64,000 nucleotides of DNA from a virus: IMG/VR virus record IMGVR_UViG_3300034018_003010, one strand, 5' to 3'. Within the stretch, counting starts at the first letter, position 1. Each line of letters opens with the position of its first letter. Of this stretch, positions 22,534 through 32,916 are shown piece after piece. A model generated the notes under the pieces. The model did not search any database. It was not told the DNA's origin and saw nothing but the letters and a program-made list of their open reading frames with translations. A program made the position numbers and the translations under genes.

Positions 22534-22992
22534 ATGGCTGACTTAACTAGAATTCAAACTGCGGCTCCCATACAAATAACTGATGCAAACAGTTCTGTTG
22601 TGGCTTTAACAAATACTTTGCCATCATCAAGCGCAATAGGACTGGTAATTAGAGACGCTGCTCAAGGCCAAGCTTCAATGGCAAATAGCAGGCCGGTTGT
22701 TATAGCATCAGATCAAAAAGTTTCTAGATCAAGCCTTGTATTTGGACAATATTCAGTTACAACATCTGCAGCCGCTATTTCTTCTACATCAAAATTAATA
22801 AATGTTGCAGTTACAATAAAATCAAGCAATTCAAATACTTCAAATATATTTGTTGGAACATCTGGTGTTGTATTATCAGATGGATTTGAATTAGGGCCAG
22901 GTGAAGCAATAACTCTACCAATAGATGATGTGCAAAAAGTATATGCAATATCATCTTCTGGCACTCAATCTATTTCATATATTGGTGTTTAA
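22534..22992 (+). CDS. Putative virion structural protein
   Basis: Ser-rich beta protein (NIFVG...GFELGPGE...VYAIS); first gene of the fibre operon; TAAATA upstream. Confidence 0.65.
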   Translation: MADLTRIQTAAPIQITDANSSVVALTNTLPSSSAIGLVIRDAAQGQASMANSRPVVIASDQKVSRSSLVFGQYSVTTSAAAISSTSKLINVAVTIKSSNSNTSNIFVGTSGVVLSDGFELGPGEAITLPIDDVQKVYAISSSGTQSISYIGV

Positions 22993-22994
22993 AA

Positions 22995-24797
22995 ATGATT
23001 AATGGACAGCCTAATTTTAACCCTGGACTTACAAAAGCAAGAGCAGATCAGCTTTATTTGCCCAAAATATCTGGTTCTATAACAAGTGGATATTTAGGAA
23101 ATAGTTCAGTTCTTTCTGGAAGTATAGGCTCTGGACAAATTGGAGGATTTCACCTTTTAAGTGGATTAATACAGCCTGGAACAGGCGTTTCGATAATAGT
23201 AGATGCAAACAATAATTATGAAATATCTGCTACTGGCGGCGGATCAGTTACATCTGGATCTATAGTAAGTGGATTAATTGGAAATGAAGCCGTTGTTTCT
23301 GGAAGCATTGCATCTGGTCAAATTGGTTATATTCATTTAAATTCTGGATTTGTTTATACCACCGATCTTACAGTCAGCTTGTCATCTGGAAAAACATTTG
23401 GAAGATATATAAACGGCGAAACAATACCATCATCTGGCAAAACTCCAGTTGATGTTATACAAATGGCTATAGCAGAGCCAAAATCTCCAGATGTATTTGT
23501 ATCAGGATCTCCAATTTCGTATCTTTATGGTTTATCTTCATTTGCAAATACAATTTCTTATCAAGCAGTAATAAACACCATTGGGGCTTCTTCTAAAACT
23601 GCTTCAGTAGAATATCGCAAAAATAACACCGGAAGCTGGTCAATATTATATTCTGGCGCTATTTATTCTGGAAGCGTTCTTCATAGCGGAACAAAACTAA
23701 TAACAGATTCAGAACCATTTAATTACAGATATACATTTGTAGATTCTTCTAATATGTCTGGGCAGGCAACTGCAAATATCACAGTATCACAGCCCGCATC
23801 TCCAACTGTAAATTTAACAAGAAGCCCAACTTCTTATCTTTATGGAGCAACAAGTATAAGTAATACACTAACATATTCTGCTACAGTTAATACAAATGGA
23901 GCTTCAGGATATTTAGCAGTTCTTGAATTTAGAAGAGGCGGCGCTGGAGCATGGACATCGCTTTATAGTGGAAGCATATGGTCTGGATCATATCTTCATA
24001 CTGATACAAATACTTTTGGAAACACTTCAACATACGATTATCAATATACTTTCATAGATTCTGCAAATATGTCTGGAAGAGCTTCTGCAAGTGTTTCTTT
24101 TGGATCTTACACAGCACCATCGATAACACTCTATATCTCTGGAAGTACTATTACATCTCCAGAAACTAATTCTTTAAGAGAAATAGGCAATTATTCATCA
24201 AAACTTGGCGGCACTATTGCGAGAAACTCTTCTCTTGTAAACATGCAAACTTATCAATTGCAATTTAATTACAGTGGCTCCTCATGGATTAACATTGGCT
24301 CTTCAACAAATATTTCTGGCTCTTCTACTGTTAACTTCGGTCCAATAACACATAGCGATTCAGTTCTTTCTGGCGTTTCGACTGTAAATTACAGAGTTGC
24401 AGTTACAGATCAACAGCAAACAACTAATGGGACTACAAGTACTGTCAATTTCCTCAATATGATATGGTATGGACCTTCATCTTCTATAACTTCTGGAACA
24501 GCTACTAGTGCAAATATTAGGTCTTTATCAAACAGAATATTTACAAGTGGCTCTAATCCATTTACACTAAACACAGGAACTACAGATGATAATTTTGCAA
24601 TAGCTATGCCATCTGGCAAAACAATAACATCTGTAATTGATACAACAGCTTTGAACACAAATATTACAACGGCATATCTAAACAATCAAATTGATGTAAG
24701 CAACGCTGGGGGTAATCCTGTAAACTACAATGTATATATTTTAGATAATGCTACACCATATACAGAAAACCACGAACATGTAGTAACAAGGAATTAG
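22995..24797 (+). CDS. Fibre-like protein with Ser-Gly repeats and two Ig-like repeats
   Basis: SGSIASGQIG repeats; duplicated SYLYG...W..LYSG.I.SGS.LH...YTF.DS.NMSG.A module. Confidence 0.75.
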   Translation: MINGQPNFNPGLTKARADQLYLPKISGSITSGYLGNSSVLSGSIGSGQIGGFHLLSGLIQPGTGVSIIVDANNNYEISATGGGSVTSGSIVSGLIGNEAVVSGSIASGQIGYIHLNSGFVYTTDLTVSLSSGKTFGRYINGETIPSSGKTPVDVIQMAIAEPKSPDVFVSGSPISYLYGLSSFANTISYQAVINTIGASSKTASVEYRKNNTGSWSILYSGAIYSGSVLHSGTKLITDSEPFNYRYTFVDSSNMSGQATANITVSQPASPTVNLTRSPTSYLYGATSISNTLTYSATVNTNGASGYLAVLEFRRGGAGAWTSLYSGSIWSGSYLHTDTNTFGNTSTYDYQYTFIDSANMSGRASASVSFGSYTAPSITLYISGSTITSPETNSLREIGNYSSKLGGTIARNSSLVNMQTYQLQFNYSGSSWINIGSSTNISGSSTVNFGPITHSDSVLSGVSTVNYRVAVTDQQQTTNGTTSTVNFLNMIWYGPSSSITSGTATSANIRSLSNRIFTSGSNPFTLNTGTTDDNFAIAMPSGKTITSVIDTTALNTNITTAYLNNQIDVSNAGGNPVNYNVYILDNATPYTENHEHVVTRN

Positions 24798-24805
24798 GAT
24801 AAAAA

Positions 24806-27307
24806 ATGCCATTAACACCAGGATTACAAATACCGTTTGGAATTCAGCCAGTACAAGCAGTCCCTGTTGATTCGTGGTCTGGTCCTTATACTGGGGCTGA
24901 TTTGGCAACAGCAATAGCTGCCGCAAATTCTGCAATACCATCTGGCATCAGGTTTCAATCTATGGAAGTTCGCCTTATTGTTGGCGGAACTTCATACAAG
25001 TATTGGTATAAAAACGGAACCACAGACAGCGATTTAGTTGAATTTTCTGGAGGCGGTGTATCTTCAGGTTCGTTTTCATTAACTTCGGGAATTATTACAA
25101 GCGGATATATTGGCAATTTTGCAGTAGTTTCTGGAAGCATCGCTTCTGGAACAATTGGAACATTCCACATATCACAAAGTGCAATTAACAGCGGACAGAT
25201 CAATTCTGGAGCAGTATCTTATGGCAATATCGCTTCCGGCGCAGTAACCAGCGGAATGCTAGGAAACGAATCTGTCGTTAGCGGAACAATTGCTTCTGGT
25301 GTAATTAATCTGAATATGCTGGCATCTGGAGCCGTTTTTTCCGAAAGAACTTTAGAACAATTAAATACTGGTTTGTTATTTGGCGGTGCCTTAACTTTCA
25401 ATTCTGGAGCCTCTACATTTAACATTGGCTCTGGCACCGGAATGATATTAGTTCCTAGAGGAAACTCTTCTGGCGATCCACAATTAACATATGTTCAATG
25501 GAATCAAATTACCAATCAAACGCCAATATATTCTGGAAGTATAACATATATTTCTATTAATTCAGGCGGCGCTGTAGTAAAACAAAACGATCCATTTACA
25601 TTAAATGAATTTTTACAAGAAATTGTTTTGGGATATGTTGTTCATTTAAGCGGAACAATTATAAACAACATACATACACATCCAAGCGTTGGATATGCTG
25701 GTATTTCTCAACTTAATACATTTGCTAGAGTTTTTGGCAGTGTAAAAGTCGAAGGGCTTAATCTTTTTGCAAATGGAGCAAATCTTCAAGTAAACAGAGA
25801 AGCTGGAACTTCGTTTTCATTTGGTGGAAATTATAATTTAAACCCAAACAGCCCAAGTGTAATAACAGACTCCCAAAAAACAACAGTAAATTTTAATTAT
25901 GTTTATAGATCTGCAACACCGGGCAAATTTACTTTTGCAACTCCTGTAACAAATCTTTCTCCCGACTATTATGATGATGGAACTGGAACATTAAATCCAA
26001 TAGGTGGCGGGCAATACACAATACAAAGAGTCTTTTTTGTTCCAAACGATACAAATAATGTTTATATTTACTATGGTAGAGCAACCTATACAAGCACAGC
26101 TCTAGCAGCCCAAAACATATTTGTAGAATCATTTAGTGAAGACGGATTTACCACCAATGCTGCTGTGTTTATTGGTTATATTATTGCAAAAGGTAATGCA
26201 TCAGCATTAAATGACTCGGCACAATGCTTGTTTATTCAAGCTGGTCAATTTAGAAATACAGCAGGTGGCGGCGGTGGCGTAACAGGACAAACAATAAATG
26301 ATTTAACTGATGTTAATGCCGCAACTGCTGTAAACAACCAATTTTTGATGTATGAAGCTGGAATGTGGGTAAACAGTTATGTTACTGCAAACAGCATGGC
26401 ATCGGGATCTGTAACTTCCGGTTCAATCGCTTCTGGAAGTGTTGGGCAATACGCAATAGCATCTGGCTCAATCACAGCAGATCACATCGCATCTGGCGCA
26501 GTAATTAGTGCTGATGTTGCAGACAATGCTGTTATAAGTGGCAAGGTAGCATCTGGTGTAATTGCTTGGTTCAATCTTGCAAGTGGATTTATAACATCTG
26601 GATTAATTACAAGTGGAATGCTTGGAAATGATTCTGTTATTTCTGGTAGTATAGCTAGCGGACAGATTGGCATAAATCATTTAAGCTCTGGGCTTTTAAA
26701 TTCTGTAGCATTTACAATTAACAATGAAAGCGATAACAGAATTTTAACAAGCTTGGCTTCTGGCTCAAAACAAGCAGATGCAGAATCCAATCTGACATAT
26801 GATGGAACAACTTTAAATATTCAATCCACAGCAAGCGGATCTACTGTATTCAGCGTAGATGGAATCTCTGGAAATTTGTTTTCTATCAATGACACTCCTT
26901 ATGGAAACAATATTTTAAGTGTTGAAAACTTAAGTGGTAATTTAATATTTGCAATTAATACAGAAGGATATCAAAAAACAGTATCTTGTCTTGCTTCCGG
27001 TCAAACATCTAATGTAGGAATTTTTTCAGTTAATAAAACCGATGGAAATGCAGCATTTTTTGATTATTATTGCAAAAATACTTTATCTTATTCTTCTAGG
27101 GCAGGTAGTATTTCTGTAGTTTGGGATGAATCAAACGATATTATTGATTATACAGAAACTTCAACAAATGATATTAATGGTTCTACTGAACATTTATATT
27201 TTTCAACAACAATAGAAACAACTGGCACATATAGTGGCAAAATGGTCTTGTCAGCAAACATAAGTAGCGGTTCATGGAATATTAAAGCTGGCGCAAGAAT
27301 AGTTTAA
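24806..27307 (+). CDS. Fibre-like protein, Ser-Gly repeat family
   Basis: IASG repeats; central domain paralogous to 44193..51887; C-domain paralogous to 27439..29694. Confidence 0.8.
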   Translation: MPLTPGLQIPFGIQPVQAVPVDSWSGPYTGADLATAIAAANSAIPSGIRFQSMEVRLIVGGTSYKYWYKNGTTDSDLVEFSGGGVSSGSFSLTSGIITSGYIGNFAVVSGSIASGTIGTFHISQSAINSGQINSGAVSYGNIASGAVTSGMLGNESVVSGTIASGVINLNMLASGAVFSERTLEQLNTGLLFGGALTFNSGASTFNIGSGTGMILVPRGNSSGDPQLTYVQWNQITNQTPIYSGSITYISINSGGAVVKQNDPFTLNEFLQEIVLGYVVHLSGTIINNIHTHPSVGYAGISQLNTFARVFGSVKVEGLNLFANGANLQVNREAGTSFSFGGNYNLNPNSPSVITDSQKTTVNFNYVYRSATPGKFTFATPVTNLSPDYYDDGTGTLNPIGGGQYTIQRVFFVPNDTNNVYIYYGRATYTSTALAAQNIFVESFSEDGFTTNAAVFIGYIIAKGNASALNDSAQCLFIQAGQFRNTAGGGGGVTGQTINDLTDVNAATAVNNQFLMYEAGMWVNSYVTANSMASGSVTSGSIASGSVGQYAIASGSITADHIASGAVISADVADNAVISGKVASGVIAWFNLASGFITSGLITSGMLGNDSVISGSIASGQIGINHLSSGLLNSVAFTINNESDNRILTSLASGSKQADAESNLTYDGTTLNIQSTASGSTVFSVDGISGNLFSINDTPYGNNILSVENLSGNLIFAINTEGYQKTVSCLASGQTSNVGIFSVNKTDGNAAFFDYYCKNTLSYSSRAGSISVVWDESNDIIDYTETSTNDINGSTEHLYFSTTIETTGTYSGKMVLSANISSGSWNIKAGARIV

Positions 27308-27438
27308 TTTATATAATATTTTATATATATTATATTTTTCAATACCAAATATATTTTAGTTTATAAAAAAAAACATATATAGAAGTAGTAGGGGGAAAGT
27401 GCGAACTGATTTAAATTCTTTCAACATGAGGGAGAAAC

Positions 27439-29694
27439 ATGGCACATGAATTAATTGTTAAATGGGGTCTTAATGTAACTAGCGGAGAAATAAAAGGTGT
27501 TCTCGCTAGTGGCATAGTAGTCTCTGGAAGCATTGCTTCCGGTCAAATTGGAGTAAATCATTTAGCTTCTGGTGTTCTAGATTCTGTGACACCAAAATCT
27601 GGCAGTATTGTCAGCGGAATGCTTGGCGATAATTCTGTATTATCTGGAAGCATTGCTTCTGGACAAATCGGTCTAAATCATTTAGCTAGCGGCGTTGCCG
27701 ATGGCTTTACAATTACATCTGGCGAAATCGTTAGTGGACTTATTGGTGACGGCGCAGTCAACACCAATAACATTGCTTCTGGCGCAGTAAGCAGCGAAAA
27801 GCTAGCTGATGGCTCTGTTCTAACAGCAGCTATTGCTTCTGGACAAGTAACTTCAGAAAAGCTAGCCGATGGTTCTGTTCTTTCTGGAGCAGTTGCTTCT
27901 GGACAAATCGGTATAGATCATCTAGCTTCTGGAGTTCTTGACTCTGTAACTCCAAAATCTGGAAGCATTGTCAGCGGAATGCTTGGTGACGGCGCAGTTG
28001 TTTCTGGAAGCATCGCTTCTGGTCAAATTGGTGCTGATCATATTGCATCTGGCGTAATTTCAAATATTCACATGTCATCTGGAGCAGTTACAAGTGGATA
28101 CATTGGTGACGGCGCAGTCAACACCAACAATATTGCTTCTGGTCAAGTAACATCAGAAAAGCTAGCTGACGGCTCTGTATTGACAGCAGCTATTGCTTCT
28201 GGTCAAGTAACATCAGAAAAGCTAGCTGATGGCTCTGTTCTTTCTGGAAGCATTGCTTCCGGTCAAATTGGTGCCGATCATCTTGCTTCTGGTGTAATGT
28301 TTGTATTACAGTCTGGTGCTATCGTAAGTGGATACATTGGTGATGGCGCAGTCAACACAAATAACATTGCTTCTGGTGCAGTAAGCAGCGAAAAGCTAGC
28401 TGACGGCTCTGTTCTAACAGCAGCTATTGCTTCTGGTCAAGTAACATCAGAAAAGCTAGCTGATGGCTCTGTTCTTTCTGGAGCAGTTGCTTCTGGTCAA
28501 ATTGGTGCCGATCATCTTGCTTCTGGTGTAATGTTTGTATTGCAGTCTGGCGCTATCATAAGTGGATACATTGGCGACGGTGCTGTTAACACCAACAACA
28601 TTGCTTCTGGCGCAGTAAGCAGCGAAAAACTAGCTGATGGCTCTGTTCTAACAGCAGCCATTGCTTCTGGGCAAGTAACATCAGAAAAGCTAGCTGATGG
28701 TTCTGTTCTTTCTGGAGCAGTTGCTTCTGGTCAGATTGGCGCATACCACTTAGCTTCTGGTGTGATGTTCACACTAAGCTCTGGGATTGTTACAAGCGGT
28801 CATCTTGATGACGGCTCTGTAAACACCAACAACATTGCTTCTGGCGCAGTAAGCAGCGAAAAACTAGCTGATGGCTCTGTATTGACAGCAGCTATTGCTT
28901 CTGGTCAAGTAACTTCAGAAAAGCTAGCCGATGGCTCTGTTCTTTCTGGAGCAGTTGCTTCTGGTCAAATTGGCGAATACCACTTAGCTTCTGGTGTGAT
29001 GTTCACACTAAGCTCTGGCTCTATTGTTAGCGGATACATTGGCGATGCAGCAGTTGTTTCTGGAAGCATTGCTTCTGGTTCTATCGATGCCATTCACATG
29101 GTATCTGGCACATTGTTCAATGTTGTAGACGCATCTGCTGGCAGAATCCTAACAAGCTTGGCTTCTGGAGCAAATGGTGCTACAGCCGAAACCAACTTGA
29201 CCTATCAATCTGGAACACTAACTGCCGCATCTGTTGGAAGTGGCACCACAGTATTCTCAGTAACAGGACAAAGCGGAACTCTATTCTCTGTAACAGATAC
29301 AGTTTCCGATCAGGTCTTAACTGTCAATGACAACGCTGCAAACCCTGTGCTCATTGTAAGCACAGACAGCTATGTCAAGATTCTATCCGGCGTTCACACC
29401 GGAAAGACAGCAGACGATGTGGTGTTCAGCGTTGCTGACACAGCAGGTCAGGGTGGTATCTTTGATTACTGCGTAACTGAATCTGGTGGCGCTCGCAGAG
29501 TAGGAACAATCATGGCTGTATGGAACGCCGGTTCCGACACCGTTGATTACACCGAAACATCAACAAATGATCTCGGTGGCTCAACAGATGGAATCTACTT
29601 TGAAGCAGCCGTAACATCCAACAATTTTGAGTTGACTGCGAAGATCGCAACTGGAACTTGGGACATTAAGTTGTCCGCAAGACTCCTCAGCTAG
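27439..29694 (+). CDS. Fibre-like protein with five VNTNNIASG..SEKLADG repeat units
   Basis: SD gggag; 234-bp period (28261 vs 28495); C-terminal FDY...DYTETSTND.GGST domain; own terminator. Confidence 0.85.
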   Translation: MAHELIVKWGLNVTSGEIKGVLASGIVVSGSIASGQIGVNHLASGVLDSVTPKSGSIVSGMLGDNSVLSGSIASGQIGLNHLASGVADGFTITSGEIVSGLIGDGAVNTNNIASGAVSSEKLADGSVLTAAIASGQVTSEKLADGSVLSGAVASGQIGIDHLASGVLDSVTPKSGSIVSGMLGDGAVVSGSIASGQIGADHIASGVISNIHMSSGAVTSGYIGDGAVNTNNIASGQVTSEKLADGSVLTAAIASGQVTSEKLADGSVLSGSIASGQIGADHLASGVMFVLQSGAIVSGYIGDGAVNTNNIASGAVSSEKLADGSVLTAAIASGQVTSEKLADGSVLSGAVASGQIGADHLASGVMFVLQSGAIISGYIGDGAVNTNNIASGAVSSEKLADGSVLTAAIASGQVTSEKLADGSVLSGAVASGQIGAYHLASGVMFTLSSGIVTSGHLDDGSVNTNNIASGAVSSEKLADGSVLTAAIASGQVTSEKLADGSVLSGAVASGQIGEYHLASGVMFTLSSGSIVSGYIGDAAVVSGSIASGSIDAIHMVSGTLFNVVDASAGRILTSLASGANGATAETNLTYQSGTLTAASVGSGTTVFSVTGQSGTLFSVTDTVSDQVLTVNDNAANPVLIVSTDSYVKILSGVHTGKTADDVVFSVADTAGQGGIFDYCVTESGGARRVGTIMAVWNAGSDTVDYTETSTNDLGGSTDGIYFEAAVTSNNFELTAKIATGTWDIKLSARLLS

Positions 29695-29717
29695 TACTGA
29701 TTTTATGTTCAACACAG

Positions 29718-29749
29718 GAACCCCAGCCAATTGGCTGGGGTTCTTTTTT
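29718..29749 (+). terminator. Intrinsic terminator
   Basis: 26-bp perfect palindrome gaaccccagccaattggctggggttc followed by T6. Confidence 0.9.
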
Positions 29750-30563
29750 AGATTGCTCCAATTAGAAACAACCTTGTTCTTATATTCTTTCTTATAGCTT
29801 CATCTACATTTGTTGAATTGCTTATATTGTTTAATACAGCAACGACTTCCTTCCATTTTCCTTCACTTCTATTTCCATAAGCGACATAATCCAATCCAAC
29901 TTGTACAAAATTTTCCAAATCTTGATTGCGATAATATTCATTACACAAGAACCATGAATTCCATGAATTTTTTGGATTCTCTTTGTATTCTTTTTGCATC
30001 AGTTTCATATACAATGTGCCTCTTGGCTTATTGATTTCCTGATCATGAATTAAAAATATTTTATCGCTATAATGTTCATTTTCATTGCCTTGTCCTGTAT
30101 AAGACAAATATTCATAAATTGGCTGCTTCCAGACATATTGATGCCTTCTATGAATCTTATTTGTGCCTATGTGTTTTGGCTTTCCTACAAAAACTTCCTT
30201 AGAATAAATATCAAGTCTGGCACATGAAATATTATTCACAGATGAATCTTGTTTTATAATTTTTTCCATTTCTTCTAAAACATTGATGCTAAAGTATTCG
30301 TCTACGTCGGGACTCAAAGCCCAATCAACCTCTTTGGGAATCATATTTAAATTAATATTTCTAGGAATATCAAATCGCCATTCATCTGGACTTACCAAGT
30401 ATTGGTCAATAATTATGCCAGACACTTGTTTAAATGCTTCATAAGTTCCATCAGTACTTCCAGTATCTAAAATCACCCTATAGTCAAAATCCTTGGTATA
30501 ATGTACCCATTGCTCTACACGATTAATTTCGTTCTTGCAAATTGTATAAGCTGCTGTAATCAT
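29748..30563 (-). CDS. GT2-family glycosyltransferase with TPR-like tail (protein/peptide-glycosylating type)
   Basis: YTICKNE, LDTGSTDGT, RFDIPRN, DWALSPDVDE motifs. Confidence 0.85.
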   Translation of the reverse strand: MITAAYTICKNEINRVEQWVHYTKDFDYRVILDTGSTDGTYEAFKQVSGIIIDQYLVSPDEWRFDIPRNINLNMIPKEVDWALSPDVDEYFSINVLEEMEKIIKQDSSVNNISCARLDIYSKEVFVGKPKHIGTNKIHRRHQYVWKQPIYEYLSYTGQGNENEHYSDKIFLIHDQEINKPRGTLYMKLMQKEYKENPKNSWNSWFLCNEYYRNQDLENFVQVGLDYVAYGNRSEGKWKEVVAVLNNISNSTNVDEAIRKNIRTRLFLIGAI

Positions 30564-30614
30564 TTTTTCCTCGGTTTAACTAATTTAAAATAGTCTACTA
30601 AAGAGGAAAAATTT

Positions 30615-31193
30615 ATGATTACATATATTGAAAAGTTTTATCCAGATGCAGAAAAGTTGTCAACTGTTATTGGGCAGATGGAATATACCGCAGCTACTTT
30701 TGGAGATGAATTATCCAATTTCAATCATGTCATGAGCGGTACTTTGGAACAGTTCGAAAGCATTGTGCCATCCCTAAGAGGAAAAGTAGCTTTAGGACCA
30801 AATTCAGGACTCTATAGAAAACCATATAACTTTGTTCACTTTGAAAACTTTGATCAAAATACTTTATTTGTTGCATTAGTAGCAATTGAAAAAACAACAT
30901 TTAAAGTACACAATCATAAAGAAAAGAATGTTACTAAAATTATTGATGTAACAGATGATTTAAACACATTTATTAAAGATGAATGTATGGATTCATTAAA
31001 GTGGGATGACAAACTAACATATGTAATGGAACCAGGAGATATGGTTCTATTTAATCCTTGGTTCTTGCACTCTGTGAGCGGAAATTTAGTAAAATTGTTT
31101 TATATTAATTTAAATGTACAGCAAGCAAATCCAACAGAAGAAATTGCTGAAACTACAGAAGAAACAACTCCTGCACCACAAGAAGATGTTTAA
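30615..31193 (+). CDS. Putative 2OG-Fe(II) oxygenase-fold protein
   Basis: IEKFYPDA start, VHFE (HxE) and distal MEPGDMVLFNPWFLHSV; SD gagga. Confidence 0.55.
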   Translation: MITYIEKFYPDAEKLSTVIGQMEYTAATFGDELSNFNHVMSGTLEQFESIVPSLRGKVALGPNSGLYRKPYNFVHFENFDQNTLFVALVAIEKTTFKVHNHKEKNVTKIIDVTDDLNTFIKDECMDSLKWDDKLTYVMEPGDMVLFNPWFLHSVSGNLVKLFYINLNVQQANPTEEIAETTEETTPAPQEDV

Positions 31194-31282
31194 GACTTTT
31201 CCACTAAACAAACTATAATATGTTAGCTCAATTTGAGCGCAGACAAAATTAAACTAGAGACAATTCATTTAAAGGAGAAAGC

Positions 31283-31759
31283 ATGCCAGTTGAAATTCCA
31301 GTAGTAGTAGCAACAAGTCCTATAGTACAACAACCAGTTGAAACCAAGACATTTGATACTTGGTTTCTTACTGATTTCCGTCTTGTTTCCACACCAGATC
31401 GCAAGTTTGACGCTGAAGTCTTTTGGTGTTTGGGTCGTATTATAACAAGCAGTCAAGAAGTGCCTGTTGAAAGGCAAGTGGAGCAGACTGTGTCTCGTCC
31501 TAAAGTTAATGAGGCGGGAGATACTGTTCTTGATGAAAATGGACAGCCTGTGATGGAAGATGTTGTTGAAACCGTTACAGAGACTGTTATGGAAAGTGTA
31601 ACAAGCAATTCATCTGAATTGACTAATCTTCAAAGAAATTGTTATGTTAGAGACCTTTTGAGTGACGCACAGCTTGCAAAACATCCTGAGATTATTCAGG
31701 TTCTCCCTGGTTTCTTAACTGCTCTTGAAGCAATCAGCAAAAGGGAAGGCCACATTTAA
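31283..31759 (+). CDS. Hypothetical protein
   Basis: SD aaggag; TATAAT at 31214; acidic and Val-rich. Confidence 0.75.
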   Translation: MPVEIPVVVATSPIVQQPVETKTFDTWFLTDFRLVSTPDRKFDAEVFWCLGRIITSSQEVPVERQVEQTVSRPKVNEAGDTVLDENGQPVMEDVVETVTETVMESVTSNSSELTNLQRNCYVRDLLSDAQLAKHPEIIQVLPGFLTALEAISKREGHI

Positions 31760-31810
31760 CTTTTAAGGAATTCCTGGGACTTTAGTCGGGGGAGAAATGC
31801 ACCAAAAAAT

Positions 31811-32266
31811 ATGAATCAGCTTAATTTGAACTTTAAACCTTGTGGAGATTGCCAAGTTTGCTGCCAAGGATATCTTGAAGGGACAGCATATGGTATGAAG
31901 TTTGGGCTTACTCCTGATGGACCCAAGGCTTGTGGATTTTTACAAAAGGTTTGTACAGTTTATTCTGCAAGACCTCCAATGTGCTCCAACTATTATTGTG
32001 CTTGGAGCCAAGGTTTGTTTCCAGAATGGATGAAGCCAAATAAATCTAAAGTGTTGGTATCGGTTCAAACATGGTCTAAAGGGCAATACTTACTAGCTAC
32101 TGTTATAGACAAAGAATTTGATCAAAGAGCGATAGAAGAATTGACTAATTTTTCAGATCAAAATTCTGCTCCTCTTGTTCTCGTTGTTGGCAATAAGGTT
32201 TCTATTAAAGGCGGCGAAGATTTCAAAGAAGAATATCAAAGTAAACGAAGGATACCCTTAGCATGA
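31811..32266 (+). CDS. YkgJ-like CxxCxxCC cysteine-cluster protein
   Basis: CGDCQVCCQG...CGFL..VCTVYSARPPMCSNYYC. Confidence 0.8.
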   Translation: MNQLNLNFKPCGDCQVCCQGYLEGTAYGMKFGLTPDGPKACGFLQKVCTVYSARPPMCSNYYCAWSQGLFPEWMKPNKSKVLVSVQTWSKGQYLLATVIDKEFDQRAIEELTNFSDQNSAPLVLVVGNKVSIKGGEDFKEEYQSKRRIPLA

Positions 32267-32916
32267 TTCCAAAAAAAGCACATGCAATTTGGCTTGGTGG
32301 AAAAGAAATGCCTGAAAAGGAATCTTATTATATTGGCAAAAACCAAGCGGTTCTAAAAGATTACAAATTCAAAATTTGGAAAGATGATGAAGTGAAAGAA
32401 CTTATATCATCTAGACCTAATTTGAAAACTTTTGCCAATTATGCTTTTGAAAACAAAATATATGCACAGTTAGCAGATTTAAGCAAGCTTCTTATTTTAG
32501 AAAAGCATGGAGGATTGACTTTTGATACTGATAATGAGTTCGTAAAGTCTCCAGACGAACACTTGAATTACAATTGGGTTTCTGGATTTGAAAATTATGC
32601 TGGAAGACTTATGCCCATAACCGCCGTCATGGCTGCAATTCCAGAACATGGATTTACCAAGTTCTTGATAGCTGCCTACGAACAAATGGACCCCAAATAT
32701 ATTTGTCACATTCCAAATACAGAATGGATTTCAAATATGCTTTTTAAAATAGGTGTTCAAAACAATAATCAAAAGCAATATATTGAAAATTTAGATTTAA
32801 CTATATTGCCACATAACATATTCTGTGCTACAAAATTTGAAGAAGAAACAGTATCGTTTCATCACTTTTCTGGATTATGGATCCCAAATAATGAAGAAGT
32901 TAAGCGAAAATTTTAA
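32263..32916 (+). CDS. GT32 (DXD, OCH1-like) glycosyltransferase
   Basis: MIPKKAHAIWLGG, ADLSKLLILEKHGGLTFDTD, terminal HHFSGLW; ATGA overlap. Confidence 0.88.
   Translation: MIPKKAHAIWLGGKEMPEKESYYIGKNQAVLKDYKFKIWKDDEVKELISSRPNLKTFANYAFENKIYAQLADLSKLLILEKHGGLTFDTDNEFVKSPDEHLNYNWVSGFENYAGRLMPITAVMAAIPEHGFTKFLIAAYEQMDPKYICHIPNTEWISNMLFKIGVQNNNQKQYIENLDLTILPHNIFCATKFEEETVSFHHFSGLWIPNNEEVKRKF

Noticed and set aside
31224-31240. tRNA-like D-arm tagctcaatttgagcg
   Set aside because: No anticodon arm, T-arm (GTTC) or acceptor stem follows; at most a small leader hairpin
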